Notes under the pieces: generated by a model
The model's input: the letters and a program-made list of their open reading frames with translations, nothing else
What the model was told of the DNA's origin: nothing
The model's database searches: none
Part shown: positions 19,111 through 27,740 of the stretch, piece after piece
Layout of the letters: every line of letters starts with the position of its first letter
Numbering within the stretch: the stretch's first letter is position 1
Position numbers and translations under genes: made by a program
Source: a virus
Taxonomy: Duplodnaviria > Heunggongvirae > Uroviricota > Caudoviricetes
Virus record (IMG/VR): IMGVR_UViG_2925891887_000008
Strand: one strand, 5' to 3'
DNA: 38,557 nucleotides

Positions 19111-19342
19111 TAATCATGTCCACTTTGTCTGCACAGACCGCCCAGGCGGCCTCCGTTTCATCCAGCAATGCGTTCAGATCACCGTTAGTGCGCGGCGCTG
19201 CCTGCTCCAGCCGACACGGCGTCACTCGCGGACAACCACTGACGGTAAGCTGCACCTCCGGTGAGTGCCGGACGTTCCCGCAGCCGGATAATGTCAGCAG
19301 GCAAAGGAGTATCAGCCCAGCGGCGTAAATCCTCGTTCTCAC
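19052..19342 (-). CDS. lysC: Outer-membrane spanin (LysC/Rz1-like lipoprotein)
   Basis: 96 aa with a lipobox signal, MRTRIYAAGLILLCLLTLSGC. It starts inside the i-spanin gene in another frame, the typical overlapped spanin architecture. Confidence 0.7.
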   Translation of the reverse strand: MRTRIYAAGLILLCLLTLSGCGNVRHSPEVQLTVSGCPRVTPCRLEQAAPRTNGDLNALLDETEAAWAVCADKVDMIIACQERNSEQTTVPAPRPQ

Positions 19343-19613
19343 GTTTCAGTTCCTCGATCCGGCGTTGTCGTTGTCTCAGCAGTGCGCTGGTCTGTTCTGC
19401 TTCGGCGTAGAGCCGCGCCTGCTCCCGGTTGTTGGTTTCAGCCAGAATGGACAGACCGATCAGCTGGCTGTTTTTCTTCGTCAGTTCTTGCGCTTTACTT
19501 TTCAGCGCCGCGCGCTGCGTTTCGATGGTGTGGCTGGCGCTGTTAAGCCGCCACGACTGCCAGCCCAGCGCAACGAGTGCCAGCGCCACCACTACTGCCA
19601 GCGCACGCGTCAT
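19185..19613 (-). CDS. lysB: Inner-membrane spanin (LysB/Rz-like)
   Basis: 142 aa with an N-terminal transmembrane helix (ALAVVVALALVALGW) followed by a coiled-coil-like charged region. It lies directly downstream of the endolysin. Confidence 0.7.
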   Translation of the reverse strand: MTRALAVVVALALVALGWQSWRLNSASHTIETQRAALKSKAQELTKKNSQLIGLSILAETNNREQARLYAEAEQTSALLRQRQRRIEELKRENEDLRRWADTPLPADIIRLRERPALTGGAAYRQWLSASDAVSAGAGSAAH

Positions 19614-20125
19614 AGTCCAGCTCCTTTAAGGCACCAGGCCATCTCCCGCGCACGGCGGTTATCCAGCCCCTGATTAAACACACCTTTCACATAAACCCAG
19701 CGCGGCAACTGTCGGCACGCATCCGCCCAGCGCCGCTGATTGAGTAACTTCACCAGCGTGGAACTGCAGGCATTGCCCGTCCCCACGTTGAAGGCAAACG
19801 ACACCACCGCGTCATACACCTTTTGTGGCGGCTGTTGCTTCACACATCTTTCCAGCGCCCGCTCCACACGTAGCACGTTTGAGATCAGCCCTTCTGCTGC
19901 CTGTCGTTCCGTAATGGTTTTGCCGGGAATGACGCCCGATGTATTACCAATGCCGTCGGTCCAGACACCCGCGCTGCACTGATACGGCTGCAGACGACAG
20001 CCTTCGTAATCGGCAATCAGTTTCAGCCCCTCCACGGAGGTGTGAAGCTGCTGAAAACCCGGCAGCGTGGCAGCAATAGCCAGCACGGCTCCGACAAGGC
20101 AGCGTTTAACGATTGATGGATTCAT
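19610..20125 (-). CDS. Endolysin, GH24 T4-lysozyme-like with a probable N-terminal signal-anchor-release (SAR) segment
   Basis: From ATG 20125 (GGAGG upstream) the ORF is 171 aa. A hydrophobic Gly/Ala-rich N-terminus (CLVGAVLAIAATLPGF) is followed by the E..D..T-type motif EGLKLIADYEGCRLQPYQCSAGVWTDGIGNT. Confidence 0.75.
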   Translation of the reverse strand: MNPSIVKRCLVGAVLAIAATLPGFQQLHTSVEGLKLIADYEGCRLQPYQCSAGVWTDGIGNTSGVIPGKTITERQAAEGLISNVLRVERALERCVKQQPPQKVYDAVVSFAFNVGTGNACSSTLVKLLNQRRWADACRQLPRWVYVKGVFNQGLDNRRAREMAWCLKGAGL

Positions 20126-20321
20126 AGTCCTCCCGCGAGATCTGCCCGTCACGCAGAAGCTGGTAGGCTTTGTGTTTGTAGTACCAGTTGATAGCCAGCA
20201 TCAGCACACCAATCATCAGGCCGCCCAGCGTTGAGGCATCCTTGATGGACAAATCGCCCAGCCAGGCCAGCACGACGGCGATGCAATACGTGATAAAGGC
20301 GCTGATTCGCTCAAGCGTCAT
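20106..20321 (-). CDS. Holin (two transmembrane helices, pinholin-like)
   Basis: 71 aa with two hydrophobic helices and a charged C-terminus, immediately upstream of and overlapping the endolysin. Confidence 0.7.
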   Translation of the reverse strand: MTLERISAFITYCIAVVLAWLGDLSIKDASTLGGLMIGVLMLAINWYYKHKAYQLLRDGQISREDYESINR

Positions 20322-20324
20322 AAT

Positions 20325-20528
20325 TCAGTCCCATAGCTGGACGGTCTGCACGGTGGTGGTTGTCGGTATGTCCGGCAGCTCCACCTGCAACCCGTGAGGT
20401 AAAAAGGGGCCGTATTCGGCAAGCCCCGGATTTGCCTTCAGTACCTGCTCCGTGACACCCTGCGTGCGCCCGTAATGACGCCAGCAAAGCGCGTCCACCG
20501 TGTCATACTGATGCGCACGCACTTTCAT
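20325..20528 (-). CDS. X: Tail protein X
   Basis: 67 aa, the same size and position as P2 gpX (between L and the holin). Confidence 0.8.
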   Translation of the reverse strand: MKVRAHQYDTVDALCWRHYGRTQGVTEQVLKANPGLAEYGPFLPHGLQVELPDIPTTTTVQTVQLWD

Positions 20529-20992
20529 CAGATAAGCTCCACTGTGCAGTGCGGCGCATCCTGCACCCGGCTGATGGCCCAGCGGGCGTCACGCCACAAA
20601 TCACCGCTTGCTTCCGCCAGTTCCTCGCCCCGCTTCACACCGGACGCCGTGGCGTCATAGTCCTGATAACGCTCGTTGAGCATGGCGCGTGCCCAGCAGT
20701 AAACCGCGTTGAAATAGTGCTGAATGCGCTCACTTTTGCCGTCCAGCAGTTCCGCCGGAACCTCAGCCAGCGACGCATACCCCAGCATCTGCTGACGTCT
20801 GCGAAACTCATACAACTCTGCGTTGACCTCCGAAATTGCCGACAGGGCAACCTGCTTTAAACGCGGCTGCGTCACCGTGCCGTCAGTGCGCATGACACTG
20901 CGAAACTCCGACAGGTCCACATCAGGCCAGAACGGCGTATTTCTGATGATTTCCGCCTGTTCCGGTGCCTGTTCTGGCGCAACAAACTTCAT
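20528..20992 (-). CDS. L: Head completion/stabilisation protein L
   Basis: ATG 20992 (AGGAGA 6 nt upstream) gives 154 aa. The C-terminal ...WRDARWAISRVQDAPHCTVELI resembles P2 gpL. The track start at 21055 is a less likely extension. Confidence 0.8.
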   Translation of the reverse strand: MKFVAPEQAPEQAEIIRNTPFWPDVDLSEFRSVMRTDGTVTQPRLKQVALSAISEVNAELYEFRRRQQMLGYASLAEVPAELLDGKSERIQHYFNAVYCWARAMLNERYQDYDATASGVKRGEELAEASGDLWRDARWAISRVQDAPHCTVELI

Positions 20993-21087
20993 GCTGCTTT
21001 CTCCTGAAATAGAGGGCGGTGGACGGGGTTTTGATGTGGCAGTGCCTTTCGCCACCCCGTGCCGCCCGTGCGCGGGGGCACGTTCTG

Positions 21088-21738
21088 TCAGCGGCTGTCA
21101 TTGCGCAGTCTGCGCTCCAGCTGCTGTTTGTCTTTTTTCACGCCACAGCGGGGATCGAGCTGTAGCGCATGGTTGAGATGATTAAGGGCGGAAGCCGGAT
21201 TGCTTTCACTCAGTACAGCGCCAATCGCTTTATGCAGACGCGCCCGTGACTGGTCCGGCATATCCAGACCGTCTGTCAGTTCCAGTGTCTGCAGTAACAG
21301 ATCGGCATCAAAGCCGGTGGCGGCAAGCATTGCGCTCTGGGCTGCATCTGCCATTTCCTCTGCCAGCACGGTCTGCACGTTGCGGTTACCCAGCGGCATC
21401 ACCCAGCCATGACGCAGGGCATGACGCCCGATCTCCAGCGCCCCGGCATAATCTCCGGCATCAATGCGCCACAGCATCACGTACATCAGCACGTCATCCT
21501 GTTGAGTGCCTCCGGCAGCCAGGACGCCCTCTGCCCAGGCGGCGTACTTCGGCAGCAGCTCCACCTTTATTTCCGCTTTTTTCACCGTGGACTGAACGCC
21601 CTTGAGACGGCGGCGGTCTTCCGCCAGTTGCAGCAGCATCAGGTCATAGCCCGACGCGTGGCGAACACTGCCGCCCTCACGGGCGGCCTGTTCAGCCTGA
21701 ACGCGCAGGCGATGCTGCCGTGCGGGACTCAGGCTCAT
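21088..21738 (-). CDS. M: Terminase small (endonuclease) subunit M
   Basis: 216 aa, syntenic after N. Confidence 0.8.
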   Translation of the reverse strand: MSLSPARQHRLRVQAEQAAREGGSVRHASGYDLMLLQLAEDRRRLKGVQSTVKKAEIKVELLPKYAAWAEGVLAAGGTQQDDVLMYVMLWRIDAGDYAGALEIGRHALRHGWVMPLGNRNVQTVLAEEMADAAQSAMLAATGFDADLLLQTLELTDGLDMPDQSRARLHKAIGAVLSESNPASALNHLNHALQLDPRCGVKKDKQQLERRLRNDSR

Positions 21739-21741
21739 GGA

Positions 21742-22800
21742 TTACGCTCCGGTTTCTGCTGCGGCGGCGCTGAAGTCGCCAATCTGGATGTTTTCCACCA
21801 GTGCGGCGCAGCGGTAGTCCTCAACCACATAGGCTTCGTTAACGGATTCAAAATTTTCAATCCGGTCACGTTTCGGGTTGTCGATAACTGAACGGCGGCG
21901 GGTGTCTTCCTGCCAGTAGATGGACAGGTTATCCAGACGGGTGATTAGCAGCGCATTCGGCGGGAAGAACGGCGCACGCACGGCCTGCAGGCCACCCATG
22001 CGTTTCTGACTGATGATCATATCGGCAGCCAGTTTTTCACTGTTTTCCTGCTCTTTGTTGACCAGCGGGAAATACTTGTCAGACAGCAGTTCACGCCCGC
22101 AAATAACCACCAGATCGTCATCGTCCTGGTAAACCATGTCGATAAGCTCATTGACGGCATCCATCACTACGGCGTCCAGGTTGGCATATTCGCCACCTTT
22201 CCCGACTTTCACCGCACCCGGTGTGGTTTCACCGCCCGTGGTGGTGCTGCCCATGACGTGATCCGGTGCATCCTCACGGATTTTCTGCAGCCAGCCTTTA
22301 TTCACATCCTGCAGCAGCGGGTTTTCGCTACGGTTGGAGGTTTTCGCACGCTTCACGCCGTTAAAGCCGATCATGATGCGGTCCAGTGCCTGACGTTTCA
22401 CGATGGCGTCACGGATACGCACCTGGAAATCCTGAAACTTCGCCCACAGGTCCAGCTTCGCGTAGGTCAGCACCGTGTCAAAGTTGGTCTGCTCGCATTT
22501 ATATTCCACATTGACCATCAGCGTCGGATCGACAGGTTCACGCTCTTTCGCGGTGGTATCAGTGGTTCCGGCAATGGTGCTGCCAACACCCAGCCCCAGC
22601 AACTGACCGGACTGCTCAGTCACTGGCGTGACGTTAATCAGTGTCAGGAAAGCGGCGGACTGCTGGATCTGGTCTTCCAGCGTCTGCTGCACGGACGGTT
22701 CGACGGTGAACTTGCTGGACAGTTCTTCAACTGCAACACCGTTCAGACGCGCCAGCTGCTGCAGGTAAGCGTTAAAAGCAAAGCGGGTATTCTTCTTCAT
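21742..22800 (-). CDS. N: Major capsid protein N
   Basis: 352 aa (P2 gpN is about 357 aa), syntenic after O. Confidence 0.9.
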   Translation of the reverse strand: MKKNTRFAFNAYLQQLARLNGVAVEELSSKFTVEPSVQQTLEDQIQQSAAFLTLINVTPVTEQSGQLLGLGVGSTIAGTTDTTAKEREPVDPTLMVNVEYKCEQTNFDTVLTYAKLDLWAKFQDFQVRIRDAIVKRQALDRIMIGFNGVKRAKTSNRSENPLLQDVNKGWLQKIREDAPDHVMGSTTTGGETTPGAVKVGKGGEYANLDAVVMDAVNELIDMVYQDDDDLVVICGRELLSDKYFPLVNKEQENSEKLAADMIISQKRMGGLQAVRAPFFPPNALLITRLDNLSIYWQEDTRRRSVIDNPKRDRIENFESVNEAYVVEDYRCAALVENIQIGDFSAAAAETGA

Positions 22801-22816
22801 CGGGTTTTGTGCTCCA

Positions 22817-23650
22817 TCAGCAATTGGTCAGAGTGTCAGCGGGGGCGTTACCGCCTGTTGCACGCTGGCGGTAGTCCTGGCGGCTGTCTTCATGACTCAG
22901 CTTATCCACCAGTTCGTTAAAGGCGGCTTGTTGTGCCTGCAGGGCAGTCTCCAGCTCAGACAGACGTTCTTCCTGCTCAGACAGGGATTTTTCGGTGCGT
23001 GCGCTCAGGTTTTGCTGCTCAGTGGCGACCAGCTCCACGGCCTTATGCACATCAGAGAACCGGGCATCGTCGGACTGCTCTTTTTTGGTAAACAGCGCCG
23101 TGACACGGGCAAACAGGGAGGGTTTGTCATCCTGGATTTCTTCCAGTTCGATCACCGTTTCCTCTGCAGCGGTAAAGAGATTGGCAGGATTCTGCTTGCG
23201 GTTTGCCAGCGGGTTATGGGCTGCACTGGCGCTGAATGTCAGCATTTCAGAGCCCAGACTGGCAGGGTCATCAGTGGCAGCCAGGCCGACCAGGTAGGCT
23301 TTGCCCGTATCAGCAAACTTCGGGCTGACTTCCATAGAGGTGAATAATTTCTGGCCTTTTTTCACCAGCTCCACCAGTGATTCCGTTGGCTCAACGTCGG
23401 CATACAGCGCCATCTTGCCTGCCAGCGGACCTTCCGTGATTTCTTCAGCAAACAGCGCCGTCACCTTGCCGTAGCGGTTAAAGGTGCTGTCCGGCAGATA
23501 AGACTTGATGTGCTCAAGGTTAATCAGCGCGGTATACACCGCCGGGTTATAGCTGGCTGCCATCTGTTCCAGCCATTCACGCTGGATTTCGCGTCCGTCG
23601 GTGGTGGCACCTTCCACCCCGATGCGAAAACGCTTTGCTTTCACTGTCAT
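22817..23650 (-). CDS. O: Capsid scaffolding protein/protease O
   Basis: 277 aa (P2 gpO is about 284 aa), first gene of the O operon and divergent from P. Confidence 0.85.
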   Translation of the reverse strand: MTVKAKRFRIGVEGATTDGREIQREWLEQMAASYNPAVYTALINLEHIKSYLPDSTFNRYGKVTALFAEEITEGPLAGKMALYADVEPTESLVELVKKGQKLFTSMEVSPKFADTGKAYLVGLAATDDPASLGSEMLTFSASAAHNPLANRKQNPANLFTAAEETVIELEEIQDDKPSLFARVTALFTKKEQSDDARFSDVHKAVELVATEQQNLSARTEKSLSEQEERLSELETALQAQQAAFNELVDKLSHEDSRQDYRQRATGGNAPADTLTNC

Positions 23651-23728
23651 GAGCCGTGCTCCGTTAGAAAAAACTTACTGGAGCCTTATGGTTGCGGTGA
23701 TGGGGGCAGTGAAACAATGCGCGGTATT

Positions 23729-23746
23729 TGTACCGACAACCACACA
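23729..23746. promoter_or_regulatory. Candidate Ogr/B activator site in the divergent O-P late promoter region
   Basis: TGTACCGACAACCACACA is a TGT-N12-ACA dyad centred about 88 bp from the O ATG. It shares TTGTACCG...CACACAAA with the PF site at 10526-10543. Confidence 0.5.
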
Positions 23747-23792
23747 AACCGCAGGCGGGGAAAGCCTTCATTCAAGGCTGTAGGTTTGTGCC

Positions 23793-25559
23793 ATGAACAC
23801 CACACTGACACTCGCAGATCTCGATCCCCGTCGGCAGGCCATGCTGCTGTACTTTCAGGGATACCGCGTAGCCCGCATTGCTGAAATGCTGGGCGAGAAA
23901 GTTTCAACCGTTCACAGCTGGAAAAAACGCGACAAGTGGGGTGACTATGGGCCGCTGGATCAGATGCAGCTCACCACCGCCGCACGCTACTGCCAGCTCA
24001 TTATGAAGGAGCACAAAGAAGGGAAAGATTTCAAAGAGATTGACCTGCTGGCGCGCCAGTCGGAACGCCACGCGCGGATCGGCAAGTTTAACAATGGCGG
24101 CAACGAAGCCGACTTAAACCCTAACGTCGCCAACCGCAACAAAGGCCCACGCCGTCAGCCGGAAAAGAACGTTTTCACCGATGAACAGATTGAGAAGCTG
24201 GAAGAAATCTTCCATTCCTCCATGTTCAACTACCAGCGCCACTGGTGGGAAGCTGGAAAAACCAACCGCATCCGCAACCTGCTGAAGTCACGCCAGATCG
24301 GCGCGACCTTTTACTTTGCCCGTGAAGCCCTGATTGACGCCCTGCTTACCGGACGTAACCAGATTTTCCTTTCCGCCAGTAAGGCACAGGCTCACGTCTT
24401 TAAGCAGTACATCATCGACTTCGCTAAAGAAGTGGAGGTGGAGCTGAAAGGCGATCCGATGGTGCTTCCTAACGGGGCCACGCTTTACTTCCTCGGCACC
24501 AATGCCCGCACGGCCCAGAGTTATCACGGCAACCTGTATCTGGATGAATATTTCTGGATACCGAAATTCCAGGAGCTGCGCAAAGTGGCTTCCGGTATGG
24601 CTATTCACAAAAAATGGCGACAAACCTATTTTTCCACGCCATCCAGCCTGACACACAGTGCTTATCCGTTCTGGTCCGGTGCGCTGTTCAACCGTGGGCG
24701 CAACAAAGCCGATAAGGTGGACATCGACCTGTCCCACAGCAATCTGGCCCCCGGCCTGCTGTGCGCAGACGGGCAATACCGCCAGATAGTCACCGTAGAA
24801 GATGCGGTGCGCGGCGGCTGTAACCTGTTCGACCTTGACCAGTTGCGCATGGAATACAGCCCGGACGAATACCAGAACCTGCTGATGTGTGAGTTCGTGG
24901 ACGATCTCGCGTCCGTGTTCCCGCTCAGCGAGCTGCAGGCGTGCATGGTGGACAGTTGGGAAGTCTGGACCGACTTTCATGCACTGGCCCTGCGCCCGTT
25001 TGGCTGGCGCGAAGTGTGGATCGGTTATGACCCGGCAAAAGGTACGCAGAACGGCGACAGCGCCGGATGCGTGGTGGTGGCACCGCCAGCCGTGCCGGGC
25101 GGTAAGTTCCGCATTCTTGAGCGTCACCAGTGGCGCGGAATGGACTTCCGCGCCCAGGCTGACGCCATCAAAAAACTGACCGAACAGTATAACGTGACCT
25201 ATATCGGCATCGACTCGACCGGCGTCGGTCACGGGGTTTACGAGAACGTGAAAGCGTTTTTTCCTGCCGTCAGGGAGTTTGTCTACAACCCCAACGTTAA
25301 AAACGCCCTGGTACTCAAGGCCTACGACATTATCAGCCACCGCCGTCTGGAGTTTGACGCCGGGCACACCGACATTGCGCAGTCATTTATGGCAATCCGT
25401 CGCGCCACCACCGCCAGCGGCAACCGCCCGACCTATGAAGCCAGCCGCAGCGAAGAAGCCAGCCACGCCGATCTGGCCTGGGCAACGATGCACGCATTGT
25501 TTAACGAACCGCTGCAGGGCGAATCCGCCAATACCAGCAATATTGTGGAGATTTTTTGA
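23793..25559 (+). CDS. P: Terminase large (ATPase) subunit P
   Basis: 588 aa (P2 gpP is about 590 aa), divergent from O, with a TGATG overlap with Q. Confidence 0.9.
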   Translation: MNTTLTLADLDPRRQAMLLYFQGYRVARIAEMLGEKVSTVHSWKKRDKWGDYGPLDQMQLTTAARYCQLIMKEHKEGKDFKEIDLLARQSERHARIGKFNNGGNEADLNPNVANRNKGPRRQPEKNVFTDEQIEKLEEIFHSSMFNYQRHWWEAGKTNRIRNLLKSRQIGATFYFAREALIDALLTGRNQIFLSASKAQAHVFKQYIIDFAKEVEVELKGDPMVLPNGATLYFLGTNARTAQSYHGNLYLDEYFWIPKFQELRKVASGMAIHKKWRQTYFSTPSSLTHSAYPFWSGALFNRGRNKADKVDIDLSHSNLAPGLLCADGQYRQIVTVEDAVRGGCNLFDLDQLRMEYSPDEYQNLLMCEFVDDLASVFPLSELQACMVDSWEVWTDFHALALRPFGWREVWIGYDPAKGTQNGDSAGCVVVAPPAVPGGKFRILERHQWRGMDFRAQADAIKKLTEQYNVTYIGIDSTGVGHGVYENVKAFFPAVREFVYNPNVKNALVLKAYDIISHRRLEFDAGHTDIAQSFMAIRRATTASGNRPTYEASRSEEASHADLAWATMHALFNEPLQGESANTSNIVEIF

Positions 25560-26626
25560 TGGGAAAGAGTAAGAAGAACCGCGCTGCGGCGACGAAACAG
25601 ATCCAGCTTAAAAGCCAGACTACAGCCGAAGCATTCAGCTTCGGCGATCCCGTTCCTGTTCTGGACCGCCGAGAACTGCTGGACTATGTGGAATGCGTAC
25701 AGATGGACCGTTGGTATGAGCCGCCCGTCAGCTTTGACGGACTGGCGCGCACCTTCCGCGCTGCCGTGCATCACAGTTCCCCGATTGCAGTAAAGTGCAA
25801 CATTCTGACCAGTACCTATATCTCTCATCCACTGCTCAGCCAACAGGCTTTTTCGCGTTTTGTGCAGGACTATCTGGTATTTGGTAACGCCTACCTGGAG
25901 AAACGCACGAATCGATTCGGTGAAGTTATCGCCCTTGAGCCTGCGCTGGCAAAATACACCCGACGCGGGTTAGACCTGGATACCTACTGGTTTGTGCAAT
26001 ACGGTATGGCCACGCAGCCGTATCAGTTCACGAAAGGCAGCATTTTTCATCTGATGGAACCGGACATCAACCAGGAGATCTACGGCCTGCCCGGTTATCT
26101 TTCAGCCATTCCGTCCGCCCTGCTCAATGAGTCCGCCACGCTGTTCCGTCGAAAGTATTACATTAACGGCAGTCATGCTGGCTTCATCATGTACATGACC
26201 GACGCTGCGCAGAACCAGGAGGATGTGAACAACCTCCGCAACGCGATGAAAAGCGCCAAAGGTCCAGGCAACTTCCGCAATCTGTTTATGTACTCGCCTA
26301 ACGGCAAAAAGGACGGACTTCAGATTATCCCGTTGTCAGAAGTCGCAGCGAAGGATGAGTTTCTGAATATCAAGAACGTGAGCCGCGATGACATGATGGC
26401 TGCGCATCGTGTGCCGCCACAAATGATGGGGATAATTCCCCAGAACATCGGCGGCTTTGGGGATGTAAGCAAAGCAAGTAAGGTATTTGTTCGTAACGAA
26501 CTGACGCCTTTACAAAGGCGAATACAAGAACTTAATGAGTGGCTATGTGACGAGGTTATCAAGTTTGACCCCTACAAACTTGATATTGAAGATAACAATC
26601 ACTCTGCTATCATACCTATCATCTAA
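25559..26626 (+). CDS. Q: Portal protein Q
   Basis: ATG 25559 gives 355 aa (the track start at 25556 is a TTG). It is syntenic after P and transcribed toward cos, as in P2. Confidence 0.9.
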   Translation: MGKSKKNRAAATKQIQLKSQTTAEAFSFGDPVPVLDRRELLDYVECVQMDRWYEPPVSFDGLARTFRAAVHHSSPIAVKCNILTSTYISHPLLSQQAFSRFVQDYLVFGNAYLEKRTNRFGEVIALEPALAKYTRRGLDLDTYWFVQYGMATQPYQFTKGSIFHLMEPDINQEIYGLPGYLSAIPSALLNESATLFRRKYYINGSHAGFIMYMTDAAQNQEDVNNLRNAMKSAKGPGNFRNLFMYSPNGKKDGLQIIPLSEVAAKDEFLNIKNVSRDDMMAAHRVPPQMMGIIPQNIGGFGDVSKASKVFVRNELTPLQRRIQELNEWLCDEVIKFDPYKLDIEDNNHSAIIPII

Positions 26627-26631
26627 ATTTC

Positions 26632-26654
26632 AACCGCCATCAGGCGGTTTTTTG
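26632..26654 (+). terminator. Rho-independent terminator after Q
   Basis: Stem AACCGCC, loop atca, stem GGCGGTT, followed by TTTTTG. Confidence 0.7.
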
Positions 26655-26710
26655 TTTCCAAACCAAACCTACTATGATACACACAGTAGGAAAAAAATTG
26701 GAGCATTTAT

Positions 26711-27337
26711 ATGGATATCGAAAAGCTAAAAGAATTTTACGAAAAACTTTACTTTCAGGAAACGGAAAATAAAGACAAGATTTACAACAGAATTCAAATG
26801 ATATTTGGATTAATAGTAATCGACGCAACTATCGTAACATATCTGCTTAAAAACACATCCTTTGAAAATCATGCATTCTTTGCCTGCATTGTTATAGGAC
26901 TTTCATTATTATCAGTGTTTTTTATTTATAAAGCCTGCATGCTCCTAAAAAAAGCATTTTGGGGTAATGAATTCAAATACATTCCCAAACCTAAGGAAAT
27001 AGACGAATACTACAATGGCCTCATTAAATATGAAGCAGACTATAAAAAATATTGTGATAATAATGGGCTTACCTATAATGGTGAGCACTCATCAAGTAAA
27101 AAGTTCAATGAATACTTAGTAAAACAACTAGTAGAGTGTACTAGTTGGAATACTAAGAAAAATGAAATGAGAACAAGTCAAATATATCGAGCCACTAAAT
27201 TCTTTTTTTTCTCACTAATTCCATTAGTGATAGCGGTTGGCTTTTTTTTAGCGATGGATCTCGATTCAGCCTCGCCAAGGAAGACTAATGAGCCACATTT
27301 CATTATTATACCTGTAGATAATATCAGGAGATTATGA
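26711..27337 (+). CDS. Hypothetical membrane protein with three predicted transmembrane helices (cargo)
   Basis: 208-aa ORF with GGAG 7 nt before the ATG. It is AT-rich, with hydrophobic helices at about aa 28-46, 55-73 and 164-183 and a Lys/Tyr/Asn-rich soluble middle. I recognise no family. Confidence 0.7.
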   Translation: MDIEKLKEFYEKLYFQETENKDKIYNRIQMIFGLIVIDATIVTYLLKNTSFENHAFFACIVIGLSLLSVFFIYKACMLLKKAFWGNEFKYIPKPKEIDEYYNGLIKYEADYKKYCDNNGLTYNGEHSSSKKFNEYLVKQLVECTSWNTKKNEMRTSQIYRATKFFFFSLIPLVIAVGFFLAMDLDSASPRKTNEPHFIIIPVDNIRRL

Positions 27338-27462
27338 TGGGAAAAGCCCCTACACCTAACAAGCCACCAGCGAAGACTCCAACTCCGCCGACACCGCCGA
27401 CACCGCCTAAATCTAGGCTAGTGAGAGACGATGATTCGAAAGCCAAAAGCAAAAGAGGTTAA
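27334..27462 (+). CDS. Polyproline micro-ORF 1 (42 aa; 41 aa if ATG 27337 is used)
   Basis: MMGKAPTPNKPPAKTPTPPTPPTPPKSRLVRDDDSKAKSKRG. AGGAG at 27326-27330 precedes it, and the ATGATG start overlaps the stop of the 208-aa gene. Hand-translated, because it falls below the ORF-track cutoff. Confidence 0.55.
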   Translation: MMGKAPTPNKPPAKTPTPPTPPTPPKSRLVRDDDSKAKSKRG

Positions 27463-27468
27463 AGTATC

Positions 27469-27642
27469 ATGATAAAGCCCAGCAACGAAGGAACTGGAAA
27501 ACCAAATTCTACAAGTAAATCACCTGTACCGCCTCAGCCGCCTCAGCCGCCTCAGCCGCCTCAGCCGCCTCAAACAAGGTTAGTACGAGAAAGCTTTGGA
27601 GAATACATTTCAAAGAGAGATACGAAAAATGACAAAAAATAA
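27469..27642 (+). CDS. Polyproline micro-ORF 2 (57 aa)
   Basis: MIKPSNEGTGKPNSTSKSPVPPQPPQPPQPPQPPQTRLVRESFGEYISKRDTKNDKK. It starts 6 nt after the stop of micro-ORF 1 and shares the PP-x-[ST]-R-L-V-R-[DE] motif with it. Confidence 0.55.
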   Translation: MIKPSNEGTGKPNSTSKSPVPPQPPQPPQPPQPPQTRLVRESFGEYISKRDTKNDKK

Positions 27643-27736
27643 CGAGCAAAAACCACCACCACCACCACCACCACCACCACTACCACCATCGTCCCGCATG
27701 CTATTTGATCACGCGGCCCCCCCTAAGAAGAAATAA
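27629..27736 (+). CDS. Polyproline micro-ORF 3 (35 aa)
   Basis: MTKNNEQKPPPPPPPPPLPPSSRMLFDHAAPPKKK. It overlaps the end of micro-ORF 2 by 14 nt in another frame and has a purine-rich stretch upstream. A terminator follows directly. Confidence 0.5.
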   Translation: MTKNNEQKPPPPPPPPPLPPSSRMLFDHAAPPKKK

Positions 27737-27740
27737 CCTT

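Noticed and set aside
22258-22920. 220-aa plus-strand ORF
   Set aside because: It is antisense to capsid gene N and the end of O, with no independent signals.
24288-25367. 359-aa minus-strand ORF
   Set aside because: It is antisense to the well-supported terminase large subunit gene P, so I treat it as a shadow ORF in GC-rich coding DNA.
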